From: Epiperipatus broadwayi | Lineage: Eukaryota > Animalia > Onychophora | DNA length: 64,000 nucleotides | Direction of reading: 5' to 3' | Assembly: GCA_028023455.1 (NCBI GenBank) | Contig: JAQFVV010000001.1 | Location: forward strand, 27,404,001-27,468,000 | Shown here: positions 13,599 through 26,712 of the stretch, in pieces | Position numbering within the stretch: position 1 is the stretch's first letter | How the letters are laid out: each line of letters starts with the position of its first letter | Program-made: the position numbers and the translations under genes | Notes under the pieces: generated by a model | What the model saw: the letters and a program-made list of their open reading frames with translations, nothing else | Databases searched by the model: none | Told to the model about the DNA's origin: nothing

Positions 13599-14582
13599 CA
13601 CCTGGGTCTCGTTTTATGTGGATTATTTTAGTGCGATTTTGAAGTTATGCGATTCATGTTTCTTCTTAATATCTTTCATATTTCACTATATTTATTAGAT
13701 ATCAAGAAATTTAAATTATTAATAACTTATTTTCACTTGAAATACTTTTTTTCTTTTCAAAAATGTAATGTTATATTAGCAGCTAACGTGAATATGGCCT
13801 GAAGCTGTATTTAGAATTTTAGCTTCTATGTAAATAACCTATTTATACTAATGAGTAAATAATAATAATAGATTTATACTTACATATAAAAATATCGCAA
13901 TAAATATTCAAAAAAAGTAAACTTTTAAAACGTATTTTTTGTTATATATAACAGAAATAAAGAATCTTTTAGATTTTTAAAATAAAAAACAAAGATTTTA
14001 TAAACTGAAAATAATCTTTCTAATGATAATGTATAATCTTTTTGTTTTGATTGCGATCTCATTTTTTTAATATAGAAACAAAAAATCATTGACACAGCAT
14101 AAGATTGAAAGTGGCGCTAGTTGTATATCACATCACGAACAAAAATAAGTGGTTAACAGGTTTCTCTGGGCATAATTGCTGAGAGATTCTTGACTTCGTA
14201 TAAGGAGAAGCTACAATACCTCACATCACATCGAATCTGATTTCTTTCCAGTTTACTAATGAACGCTAGCGATAATGATTAATATATATATGTGAAAAAT
14301 GTAAAATTAAATATTGTAGTTAATAAAAAAAGTAAAAAAAGTTTGTCTTGTATTAATTTTTTTCAAATGTTTGAAATTTTTTATTAGTCATACTTTATTT
14401 GCTTATTTTTTTAATGTGAATTTTAAAGTAATTTTTCTTTGTTGCTTTGCTTTTATGCGAATTCTGAAAATTACAGACCCTATCTCCCATTTTTCAAGGT
14501 AAGTTAAGTCTATTTTTGTGCGATTTTTTTTAATGCGGGTTTTCTGTGGAACCTATCTACTGCATAAAATGAGACCCAGGTG
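13599..14582. mobile_element. Non-autonomous TIR transposon (MITE, TA target duplication, Tc1/mariner-superfamily-like), copy 1
   Basis: TA|cacctgggtctcgttttatg...cataaaatgagacccaggtg|TA. Colinear homolog at 37667-38577. No ORF. Confidence 0.9.
14140..14225 (+). mobile_element. 5'-truncated LINE 3' end inserted in the MITE
   Basis: Absent from MITE copy 2. Flanked by tcacatcacgaa / tcacatcgaa. Contains ctgggcata.t.gctgaga.attctt, shared with the LINE end at 18027-18086, and ends in (CACAT)n. Confidence 0.75.
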
Positions 14583-15239
14583 TATATATAATTAAATTTT
14601 TTTTATGAATGAATAAAGAATGATTGATATATTTTAACTTATGCAGAAGTAAAAAAAGTTGAGTATATCTTGAAACAACACCTGAGAAAGAAAAATCCTT
14701 TTGCAAAAGTCAAATTATCAATATAATCCATTAATCTTTATTATCAATGAATGAATAAATAATTTATAAATTAACCAATAATATATTTTTAATTGATTTA
14801 ATTATTTTAACATGCACAATTTTGATATAGTCAAAGATGACTAAATCAAAATCTTTATATTTTAGTATTTATGTTTTGTTTTACTTTAATTACATTTAAT
14901 TCCTGTTTAAATTTATAGTAATATCTGTAATGATATGGAAGCGTCATATATACATAATTATCATATTAGAAGTGTGTTGTTGAATAAACTCTTCTACTGG
15001 CTGTTTCACAGTCAAGAATTTGTTGTTTTCTATTTTTTGCATTATGTAGCTCTTCAATAAAGTAGTTTTAATTTGTGTGGCCAAACTGAAATATATTCCA
15101 CAGCCTACTTTAAATATGTAATTTTAGAAATGATAAATATTTCTAAAATGTTATTAGTAATAAACAATAACAATGTTTTAAACAAAAAAATCTTATATCA
15201 CCTCAAATTATATAAGAAAAAAATAAATTATATAATGTA

Positions 15240-15313
15240 CGTGTAAAGTCTGACAATTAAGTTTGTGAACTTGCCACTATGCACTTATGTTGGCAGCACT
15301 ATACAAACAACTC
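15240..15313 (+). mobile_element. Mariner transposon, left TIR segment
   Basis: aaagtctgacaattaagtttgtgaac is the inverted counterpart of gtttatgaacttagttgatagacttt at 18868-18893. Mariner sequence resumes at 18092. Confidence 0.8.
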
Positions 15314-15360
15314 ATCACACATTCACCTTTTTTTATGTTTACATAAGCTGTTAAAACAGT

Positions 15361-15480
15361 AGCAAATTCTCTATATAGTAATGCAATGCCCTCAGATCAA
15401 AGATTTCTCTCATGAAAACAACAAGCTAGAAACTAGTCCAAAGATATTGGATGAGCAGATAGGGATTTAATGCACAAATC
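15361..15480 (+). repeat. Fragment of the hammerhead-bearing repeat family seen at 54193-54955
   Basis: agcaaattctctatatagtaatgc matches 54190-54213. gctagaaactagtc...gatagggatttaatgcacaaatc matches 54788-54848, including GAAA-CTAG-TC. Confidence 0.65.
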
Positions 15481-18086
15481 TATAAAATAAAAGTAGAAGA
15501 AATTATGGAAGAGTTTGTTGGGGATGAATATAGTAACTGGTGTAGTGAAGTAAAAAAATTGGCAAATAGGGTTTTAGGTGAGAATATTCAGAAGAATAAA
15601 TTAGGAAAGTGAGAATTGGTAAAAGTGTAAAAGAGAGGAAAAAAGGATGCAGAGAATAAAGAAGTGCTATTAAAAACAAAAAAAGTGAAAAGGATGTTAA
15701 TATTGAATGGAAAAACTATTTAAATAAAAAGGAAGTTGCCTAAAATAGATAATTATATAAAGATAATGAAATTAAATAGTAAATAAAGTTGAAGAGATGG
15801 AAGAAAAAAATGTTGGCAATATATTGAAAGAAGGAATGTAGGGGAGAGAAAAATAGTATTACTAAATGGGGATAAGAAAGAGTGCAGCGAATGTAGGGGA
15901 GAGACAAATAGTATTACAAAATGGGGAGGAGAAAGAGTCTAGCTCTAGAGAAGACTTAGAGACAATCTTAAATAAGTATGTAATGGATATAGAAAAGATG
16001 TTAGATGTGAAGGACAGGGTGATAACAAACATAAAGCACATGGTAATGGAAATATTAGTTTTACCGAAAATGAATCGAATGAGGTAGGGAAGAAATTGAA
16101 AAGTGGAAAGACAAGAGGTTTAGATGGAGGGGCAGCAGAGATGGTGATGAATTTGGAAAATAGGGCAATATTAGATATATTATCATTTTTTTACTAAGAT
16201 GGCACAGAAGATGGAATTTCCAGATAGCTGGAATAATGAAAGAGTCAGACTATTATTTAAAGGAAAGAGTAAGGATCATAGAAAGATAAACAATTATAGA
16301 GCAGTAATGGTAATGCTGGTGTTATATAAAGTTTTTGTATATATGGTGGCTGGAAGATGGAAGAAAATAATAGTGGTAGAAATGCAAGGAGGTTTTAGAA
16401 TGGATAGGAGATAGTTTATTTGTAATTATACAACTTATAGATATGAGTAGAAATACAGATAAGCAGTTATATATGGTCTTTATAGATATAGAGAAAGCAT
16501 ATGATAAAAATAAATAGACATTGATTATGGGTAAGTTTAGTAAATTTGGGAATGAATGGAGCATTAGTGGATCTTATTAAGAGATTATATGAAAATAATT
16601 ATTATACTTCTCAATTATGAAATATAGAATCATTTAGAGTTAAAAATAGGGTGGGACTAAGACAAGGATACTCTATACCACCAATTTTATTTTTGTTATA
16701 AATTGAGAGAAATGGAAAGGACAATATAAAGAGTAGGAGAGGGGTAGAGATACCATTCATTCATAGATGGCACGGAAATGTATACGTTATCAGGTCTTTT
16801 ATTTGCTGATGCTATTTCCTTGTGTGCAGAAAGTAGGAAAGACATGGAAGTTGTGCTGAAGACTTGCACATGGGTGGGTAAAGAGATGGGGATCAAATTT
16901 AGCGAAGAATAATCAAAAGTAATGATGATAAATGCTTTGGAAAGAGAAGAGAAAGAATTTTTCTTGGGGGATGTAAAATGTGGTGAATGGGTATAACTGT
17001 TTGGGAATCATCTTAAGTAATCAGAATTGCTTGGATGAATGGGAGAAAAAATTGATAAATAAAGCAAAGAAAAGAAAGGGACTGATAAAAAAATTAACAA
17101 TGTTTTCTTATAATAAATATGATGTAGCAAGAATTGTATGGAGGGGAGTGACAGTAACAGGATTATGGTAATGATGCATTATGTGTTAGTAAAGGAGTAT
17201 TAGATTTTTAGTAAAAGTGGAAAGAGAAGTAGGAAGGCCTTCATTAGATGCAGATGTGTGCATGGCAAAGGAGACAATTCAAGAAGAACTGGGTTGGTCA
17301 AGTTTTTATATGGGAGACAACAAAGCAAAATAAAAATATTCTGTAGATTGCAATTTATGGATAGTAAGAATATAGCCAAAATAGTATTTAATTGGTTTAT
17401 GAGTAAAGGACAGGCAACAAGATGGGTGAGAAAGGTAGTATGGTATGCATAATATTTGGATAAAGACTTTATGTTAGTATACTTGTACAAAAGGTGGAAT
17501 GATTGTGTTAGGAGGATTGTTGGTGTTATAGTGGCAAAGAATGGGATAGAAGAATAGATGCATTAGTAAAAAATAGGGTGCTGGAGAGATGAAGAACTAT
17601 TATGGAGAGTAAAAAAGAGTAAATATATATAGAAGTAAACAGAATATTGGGTGAGTTAATATATGATAATAGCAAGGAAAGTGGTCTACTGTTTAAGGCT
17701 CAAACAGGATCATTAACAACATGGGAATATACACATAAATGGAGAAATGTAGCTGATTTAGTCTACAAATCATGCAAGGAAGGCATGGAAAATATTAGGC
17801 ATCTACTAACTGAATGTAAATGCTTACAAGCAGAAAGGGTACAGATAATGAAATTGTGGAAGAATAAATATAAACTAAGTGCAGAGAGTTCTTGGTCTAT
17901 ATATTGGGTTTGGAAAAAGAGAAAGGGGAATCTAGATATAAAGGCATAGGAGTGGACAAAGATGATGATATGGAAATGGAATAGAGCAGGATAAAGAAGA
18001 ATATTGGGGAAAACTGGCTAACATGTTTTTCTGGGCATAGTGGCTGAGAAATTCTTCAATAAAGTAATAGCCATATCACATTACAT
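15481..18086 (+). mobile_element. Decayed non-LTR retrotransposon (LINE; RT plus C-terminal CCHC-like motif), 5'-truncated
   Basis: Frame-broken RT motifs on +: NNYRAVMV, EMQGGFR, FIDIEKAYD, GLRQG, LLFADA. Downstream SCKEGMENIRHLLTEC. Ends in tcacattacat. Clade not assigned. Confidence 0.88.
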
Positions 18087-18091
18087 AACAA

Positions 18092-18893
18092 AAGGTTTAT
18101 ATCCCTGGTATATCAGTTTTTTTACAGCTGTGTTGATGATAGTTTGTGGAGTGTTTTGCTGAGTGACATTCATGTTTTTGTGTGCCATCTTGAGAATGTT
18201 AAAGCTTGAATTTGAGCAATGAACCAACATTAAATTCTTATTAAACTTGATAAGAATGGAAATGAAATCAGGGAAATGTTAGTCCAAGTTTATGGAGATA
18301 ATGTCTTGATGAGAATAGCATAGTACAAATGCATTAATGATTTTTTTTGAAAAAGAGAACACATTGCTAATGAAGAGAAATGGGGTTGGCCAATAATGGG
18401 CAAAACTGATGAAACATTTGAAACATTCATTGAATTGTGCATAAAAATCAACAACTAACCATTTGAAGCGTAGCAGAGCAAGTAGAAAAGGAAAATCTTA
18501 ACTGAAAATCTCAGCTTGAATTTAGATGTTCGCAAAAACGGTTTCTGAAGGAGCTCACCAATGAACTATCTGTGAGTTTTTAGTCAGTAAACTAATGACT
18601 ATTGGAATACCTGCTAATTACCTATTCTGGTCACCAGTGATTTTTTTTAAACCTGAAGTTAAAGGAAATATTGAAAGGAAGACATTTTGATGACATTCAG
18701 GGCTCAAAGATAGTACAAACAACAGCTCTGATGGCCATTCTACCAACAGTTTCAAAATTACTTTTGAATAGTTGATTAGGTGCTGTCATCAATGCATTGC
18801 TTTCCAAGGAGAGTACTTTGAATCTAACCATAGTAATATTCATTAGTGAGGCATGTAGCACTTTTTGTTTATGAACTTAGTTGATAGACTTTC
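18092..18893 (+). mobile_element. Mariner transposon, right segment with internally deleted transposase pseudogene and right TIR
   Basis: ATG at 18196 reads MLKLEFEQ*TNIKF..., then EIREMLVQVYGDN after a frameshift. C-terminal CIAFQGEYFE. Right TIR at 18868-18893. Confidence 0.85.
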
Positions 18894-19579
18894 TATGAAA
18901 CATTAAATAAAAAAAAACTTGCCTTTTAACTTCCTTTTCAAGTAGTCATGATGTTCTTTTACTCTAACATAATTAACAGATCGAAGTCTAATTTTTTTTT
19001 TGGAACATTCAAACCCAATTTAAAAGAGTATAATAGTTTTTAAGAGGGAGATTCCAGAGAAGCAGCTAACTATATTGAAAATAGATGCAAAATGAGATCC
19101 TCATGTGACCAGAGGAATACTGACAACACCATATGAGGATAGTTGAAACAAATAGAGAATGTTTACTATATTTACATATTTAAAAATAAAATTTAAAGAA
19201 AAAAACAATTAATAAGTATGTATAAATCAATAATTGTAATTGCTCTGCAAGGCAAGTTTATGTTTTATTTTATTCATTCCTATTTTTTTTAACCTTAAAA
19301 ATATTTTTACTTACTAAGGGAGATAACTGAAAGAATTTTTCTTTTTCTTGATTTTATAAAAATAAATGTTTAGAATAAATAGAGATATATTTTAAAATTA
19401 ATCATCATTTACCTCATATCAATATTTTCAGCAATATGTCAATTCTTTAAAAACAAGACTTACTATGAGGAGGAGATAAGTTTATTGTTGAATTATATTT
19501 AATTAAGCAAAATCACTATTCTGATAATGTTTGGTAATTAAAAATGTCAGATTATTGCCATTGAATCTGTTAGTATATA

Positions 19580-20151
19580 TATAGAATAGATAATCACATA
19601 ACATTAGAATACTAGTCCAAACAAAATTTGCTAAAATTCTTCCACAACCATGGTTTTATTTATTAAAAAATATATATTTTCAAGTGAAATTCAACAAGAT
19701 ACATGCAACATAAATATACAAAACAAAATAACCATCCCATCATATATGTTGCATATATCTTGTTTTATTTGTTAATAGATGAAACCATGGTTGTGGAAGA
19801 ATTTTAATACATTTTTTTTTGAGTGGTACTGCAATGTTATATGATTTTCTATTTTATTTATAATTATTAGTATAGTGGAGGCCGCCCTTTGATTGAAATA
19901 GCAAATATAATAAATTCCCTAATTAAATTTTAATTTAGGGGAATTGATATATGTTGCATATATCTTGTTTTATTTCTTAATAGATGAAACCATGGTTGTG
20001 GAAGAATTTTAATACATTTTTTTTTGAGTGGTGCTGCAATGTTATATGATTTTCTATTTTATTTATAATTATTAGTATAGTGGAGGCCACCCTTTGATTG
20101 AAATAGCAAATATAATAAATTCCCTAATTAAATTTTAATCTAGGGGAATTG
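19580..20151. repeat. Inverted partial copy (~19580-19717) followed by a 205-bp direct tandem duplication (19742-19946, 19947-20151)
   Basis: The two direct copies are nearly identical. The left segment is the diverged reverse complement (aaaattcttccacaaccatggttt vs gaaaccatggttgtggaagaatttt). Confidence 0.85.
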
Positions 20152-23100
20152 CAAACATTTAATGGGTGATGTGTACATGATGGACAGACTATACAAAATT
20201 TAATTTTAATTGTTAATTTATATAGTCACAGATAATGATCAGACTGAATTGTGTTTCCTACTACCATCCAAATTAATACTATTATTAAATGATAAAATAA
20301 ATAATCTACTCAGAATTTGGATGAGAAATAAACAATCAATAAAATTATTAAAAATAACAATAATTTAATTAACAGTAGAGTGACAATAATATAAAAAAAA
20401 TTGTATTTACATATTTATATTTAAGATTATATGAAGAGCAAGTGTGCTAGGAAAAATCTTTGTGGATTTGTAATAATTCATCGAGAAAAAAGTTATAGTA
20501 AGTTCATTCTGAATTACCTTGATGTTTCTGTGAGCTCACACTTTATTCACTGGTGAATAATGTAGATATATGGCCATCAGAGTCACTATTTTAAACGTCT
20601 GCAAGCAATATTAACATTTTAATTCCTCATAGTTAGTTTCATTATTAGATTAATCTCATACAAGTTTTATCTGATATTTAGAACATTGAAATTAAATAGA
20701 TTTACCAATTAATTGATAGAAGAGTATCATAATTCATTAGAGGATACATTTTCTTATTGCAAGTATCACTTCCCACCTTCAGACAGTAATTGATAGACTT
20801 GTTTACAGGTTCATAGTCAGTTATACCACTAGTCAGATCAGGCGAGGCATTCTAAAGTTTTACACTAGAGACTGCAATAACAACTTAACAATTATTACAA
20901 TTTTTATTGACTTTCCTCCTGTAAGACATATCAAAGAAAAGTGATGACAAAAAGAGCAAAAATTCTCTCCTTTTGTAAAGCAGATGATGGAAGAGAACAT
21001 CAGTTGGTTTCCATAGCAATATTCTTTTAAAAGTTAGCTTTATTTGAAAATACAGAATTGTAATAAAATTTTAATTCTTACAATTATTATTATTAAATAA
21101 ATTATTATATAATTTATTGACACATATAACTTTTATCCATTTTAGAATATAAAATAAAAGGAAATGATGCACATAAAAGCCATGAATGTAAACTCAGTCA
21201 TGGAGGTTACAATGTCTATAATCCAACTTTACATATTGCTAAACTGGAAATAATACACTATTCAAACAAAGCTTAAACAAAGAAGCCATTCAATCATTGG
21301 TAATATATACTTTCCATCTTTGTCATACACTAAAATAATCAGTTAGGCAATTTGTTTCATGGTTTAGAGAATATTGCTTATTAATTAACTGGATACAATC
21401 CACAGCTATTATTCTAATTTAATGTACAAAGTCCTAATGCAAGACTGATTAGTTACTAAAATGTGAAGTAATAATAGCATAGTTGTACAATATTCAACAT
21501 TTAAATATTATAGTGAAATAGGCAAAGAGAATTAAAATCAGTACAAATTTTATTGCATTAAACTTTAATTGATATTAGTTAATTCACTATCTTATAATCA
21601 AATGGCCCCATTGCTAAAATGCAAATATTACACAAATTAACTACTCAAACTAAATTTAGATAAACCAGCTAGTAATATATACTTCTCTTTAATATCTTGC
21701 TACAATAGCCAACCAATCAGCTCCTTCAGATCACTTGTTTCATGACTTACAATATAGATCTTCAGCAGGTTATAAATCCATTAATTAATATTCCAATATA
21801 ATGTATAAAGTGTTTTGCATATAAATACTTTCTCATGAATCACATTTCAAAGAGTGAAGTAATCATGACATATGTGTTGAATATTATAAGATCACATTTT
21901 TCTTATTATATGCATTAAAATCTTGTCATGCTTGGGTTTGATAATTATATGCAATAGGTACATTGGAGTACTAGTTTTGGCCGTGAAGGCAGTGGATGAG
22001 TAATATTATAAGTCATGAAACAATTGTGGAATAATTACTTAGCTGGTTACATTAGCATTGTTTCAAAAATGTTGTTTATTATCAGCAATTTATTTGATTG
22101 GTTCTTTAAACATGTTAGTTGTTAATATAAATATTATTCCCCAGTTAGTATGCATATTTGAATTGTAATGTAATGGATTAATGTTTAAAGTGTTAGAATT
22201 TCAAGTTAATTTCAAATTTGCCTTAGGCTCTTTTATCATAATATTTGAATGTTAAATATTATAAGATTATGCCATGATTATTTCATGTATTAAAGTGTGA
22301 TTGGCTTTGAGTTTGATCTTTGTATGCAGAGGAATCTGTACATTGCATTGAAATACTAATTGTAGATTTGTAATCTGTTAACGAGTAATATTGTAAGCTG
22401 TGAAAAGCCATGAAGGAGTTAATTGGCTAATTATTTGAGTATGATATCAAGATGGTAATGATATTATCCCAGATTTGATTTAGGTGTTTATAAAAATTAT
22501 ATTTTAATACAAATAATTTGGAAATATGCTGATTAACATCCATCGATATAGCATCATAATTTTTTCTTCTTTTTTGAACATAGCTTAATTTATAATGGCA
22601 ACACTTTGCGTTCTTAAACTAGCATAATCACAACAAGGTTCAACTTAGTATTCTTGATGGAGATTCATTGGGTATTTGATCTCATGATTAGATAGGAAGA
22701 GAATTATAAAATTGTTAATGAGATAACAATTAATAAATAACCGGATTCCTAAATTGTATTCCAAGAAATTGTAATATGCATATATAAAAACATTCCTGTA
22801 AAGCGGTGGAGAAGAAAAGTCCTAAATTAGAGAAATTGTAGTAAATTTACAAAGACCTTCATCCTAAAGTGGAATGACAATTATTCAAAACGATGATGAT
22901 TGCAGAGAAAGAAAGATCAGATTTTAAATTTAAATTTATTGCACTCACTAAATACTCTCGTGATAATATTTTAAAGAAATGAAATATTTATATATATTGT
23001 AAAAGAAAAATAAACAGATTTGATATGAAATAGATATTTGAAAAAGGGAGAGGGAATGGAAAAATATTTTGATATAAGTAAGAAAAAAAAGGTAAAAGGT

Positions 23101-23822
23101 AAGAAGTTTAATTAGATCAAAAAAAAAAAAAAAATTAAAATATTTAATCATTTTAAACTTCAAAAGAAAGATTTAATTATTCAAAAAGTAATAACCAGAA
23201 ATTAAAAAAAAAGGATTAATTTTATTTCTACGAACATTTTTAGTTATTAAAAATTATTAATTAAAAATAAAAATTTTTGAGTCTAGAAGAGATTAAAGAA
23301 AAAATTTTGATAAATGATTTTGATAATGGTGTTCTTTTTTCCCCTCCTATCAAAATCATATTTTGTAATAACTATTCTTAGGTTATTATTTATAAGTGAA
23401 AGAAATTTTATGATTTATGGTGATTTAAAGAGATTATTTTTGCAAATGATATTATTTTGTGATCAGAAATAGTAAATGGCAAGATTTTTAATATAATTAG
23501 ATTTTTTGAAAAATGCTTTTATATTATTATAATAATAAAAGAAGGATTGTGGATATTTACTTTACATAGCAAATATAATTATTTTCTATAATACTTATTA
23601 GTCGCTACAGCATTGCTAATTTAAATAACAAAGATTTATGTCTTAAGGTTCTTGCACAGACTTCTTGCTTTGTTCAAAATTATTTTTTCCTCTACATTAA
23701 ATTTATTGAATTTTCATTTATATTTATTTTTTAAAATGATGTGTGTGCTTGTAGGGATATAGATTTATTTTTTATAGTTTGTAGTGGGAGTTGTATAATG
23801 TTGACTAGACCACCAGTATATC

Positions 23823-24739
23823 TGTTGTGTTTAATCTGGATTACTCATATACACACAAACAAGTATACATACGTTTTAATAATATATTTAATATATAGAT
23901 GCAAACATACACCCGATTTCTAATATATTTACAAAATTTACAGATTCAAGTAATGATGACTACTGTCTAGCGGAGTACAATTACTAGTTCTGCATGTATA
24001 TTTACACTATTTTAGTAACGATGACTATATTTCGCCTGGCCTGCTACTGTCTAGCGGGGTTCAGCTACTAGTTCTACATGTGAACTGTTGAAGAAAGGTC
24101 TGTACATGCCTGTATAGATTTCTCACTTCTAGCTGTACTTGACAGCCTGCCTCATGATTGGTTATGGAGATTCTTCTGGCTGTTTTTATAGCCTGTTTTG
24201 AATCTGCTTGGGTTCTGGTAGCTTCCAATCCCGAATGTGGACTTGCTTTGCTGCATTAACTGTTATCTTAAATAGTAATAGTCTGGAGAATGGTCACTGC
24301 TGCTGAGGTTAGCTGGAGTTTCCTATGACCTTATAGGGGAATTAGGTTACTGTTATTCAGGTTTAACAGTCATTATTGATAGCGTAATAGAGCTATTAGC
24401 ACCACTCATTATTTTTTATTAACAAGCTTATAAAATTGTATCATGGTGTATGATTTTTATTCACTATTAAGTCATTCTCTGGAGAATGCATAGTCTTTCA
24501 GGTTTGACAAATGTTCTTTCCTTATCTTCAAAAAGGCTGACTATTTATTTCCAGATCCCTAATTTTAACATAAACATTTGGATTCAGTGAGCATCATTGC
24601 CTATTGGCCTGTTCTTGCCATTAGCTGTGCTTAATCTTTTTATATAATATTAGTTAGCAGCAATGAATGCTCAATTCGATCACAAACAAGAAAGAAATTT
24701 GGATTAGTCCATTATTTGAAGGCAAGGTGAGATATGACA
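23823..24739 (-). repeat. 3' LTR of the Gypsy element
   Basis: Colinear with 26713-27421 apart from an internal short duplication near 23955-24075 and an insertion near 24370-24478. Confidence 0.8.
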
Positions 24740-24750
24740 TTTCCTACCTC
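24740..24750 (-). promoter_or_regulatory. Polypurine tract
   Basis: Minus strand GAGGTAGGAAA immediately precedes the LTR start TGTCATATC. Confidence 0.65.
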
Positions 24751-25199
24751 TGATTAAAATTTAGCCCCGGAGAACTTAGTCATGAAGACGTGATGTAAGA
24801 CAATTTCTTTGTTGTTTCTTCTGGCTTGATGATGTTCTCGGTATGTTCACTGTTGTCATTGTTTGGAGTTCTTGGAACTGGAGGTTCATTACAACTGGCT
24901 GATAATGTATGATTTAAATAATTCGGTTTCTATGGTGATGATGTTACTGTTTGAAACCCTTTAAATTCAATCACTACTGCTGGAATTCATTTGGAGGTTC
25001 TATTATACATTCACCATAGAATATAGGTTGTCATTTTCTCTTTTTCCATTAATAGAACTAGGCCTGAGAATTGATAGGTTGGTTTTCAGATCTCTATTGA
25101 ATAATAGTTTTGCTGGTGTTTTTCCAGTGACTGTGCTCGCTTGGAGGCTGTGCTAAAAGCATCCTGGAAGTACAGGTGTTCCAATTTCCTGTATCCATC

Positions 25200-26680
25200 T
25201 TTGTTAGCATTTTTTTTTTGTCTTTTGAACTATTATCTCAGCCTGATAACTGCTTTCAGGGTGAAATAGTGGGCTGAATACTACTAATTCAATGCTATTA
25301 CTAGCACAAAATTTTTTTTGAATGCTATAGATGTAAATGTTGTGCCATTGTCTGAAACTATAGTTTTAGATAGGCCATGTTTAGTAGAAAATAGCCTCCT
25401 AAAAGTTTCAATAGGTGCTATGGAATGGAGTGATTATCTTCCACTATTTCCAGCACTTAGAGTAAGAAACTACTATTAATAATAGTTTGCTCCACCAATG
25501 ATCTGTCTGGTTCACATAAATTCTGGTTCAGGAACCTTCAGGTTTAGGCCACTGAACTGTTTTGTTCTTTGCCTGCATGTTTTGATTCATCTTGCAATGC
25601 CGGCAGTGTTAGATCTTAGACTCAATGTCAGAGTCCAAAGTAGGCCACCATCTTGCTAGCATTTTCATTCTGATGATCCCTGGATGACCATTATGTAACA
25701 GGTGGAGCATTTTGGATCATTCGGCTTGGAGGAATCACTACTCTTGATCCCCAGATAATGTAGCCATTTTCAATTAAGAGTTCTAATCTTCGAGTCCAGT
25801 AGGCTAGATGCAACTTATTAGGTTTTTTTGTTTGACCAACTCTATTATTTTTTGTAGCCTTTAAAATATAGGATCATTAGTGGTCCATTCAGTGACTGAC
25901 TGTCAAGTGATTTATTTAATTCTATCATCATAATTGTTTGGCTTTTTGTCTTTCCATTTTGTACCTATGCAGGCAATCAACTTAAGGCATCTACATGGGG
26001 AATATGGTTGCCCTTAATGTATTCCATTGTAAAATTATAACCTGATAAAACATTGAACTAGCTTAGTATACTTAGTGAGGTATGCTGAGGGATTCCTTTA
26101 TCAGAAGTACAGATACCCAACAGGGGTTTGTGATCAGTTTGTATTCAGAATAATCTACCATAAAGACAGTCTTGACATTTTTTGATGCCATTAATTAAGG
26201 CTATGGCCTTTCTTTTAATCTGTACATAGTTTTTCTCAGCTTTTGTGAGACACTGCATTTTTGTCCAGTAGCCATTTCAGTTTTATGATATAAAAACTGT
26301 CATAATAATTTATGAAACCCAAAAAATACTGTAATTGTTTATTATTTCCCAGCATTTTTGCTTCTTTAATTGCCATGATTTTTATTGATTAGAATGAATG
26401 CCACCTGCATCTATCCTAAATCACAGAAATTCAAGTTCTTTAGCTTCAAATATGCATTTGTCCAAATTTATTTTGTCTTAAACTTTGAACTTGTGTAGGA
26501 GTTTCTTAGTGGAACTCCAGAGTTTTTCTGGAGTTTGTGCCACTAATAAAAAAATCAACAAAATAGGAGAGTAGTGCATCCAGTATTCTAACAGCCAATT
26601 GATTTATGACTCTTTGAAATATTGCTGGAGTGATCGATATACCAAAAGGCAAACAGTTCATTTTAAATAAGCTGTAGGGA
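25200..26680 (-). pseudogene. Gypsy pol remnant (RT C-part, RNase H, integrase)
   Basis: Minus-strand fragments: LPFGISITPAIFQRV (RT); LTKAEKNYVQIKRKAIA and IQTDHKPLLGI (RNase H); HGLSKTIVSDNGTTFTS (integrase). Many stops and frameshifts. Confidence 0.88.
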
Positions 26681-26692
26681 GAAAATTTTTTT

Positions 26693-26710
26693 ATCCTGAC
26701 AACTGCACTA
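26693..26710 (-). promoter_or_regulatory. Decayed primer-binding site, tRNA-Ser-like
   Basis: Minus TAGTGCAGTTGTCAGGAT lies 2 nt inside the 5' LTR; 14/18 match to a recalled tRNA-Ser-type PBS TGGCGCAGTCGGCAGGAT, with mostly transition mismatches. Confidence 0.5.
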
Positions 26711-26712
26711 AA

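Noticed and set aside
19742-20151. Direct repeats considered as a CRISPR-like array
   Set aside because: Only two long units with no unique spacers, in a eukaryotic intron context. No CRISPR array, rRNA or tRNA gene was recognised anywhere in the window.
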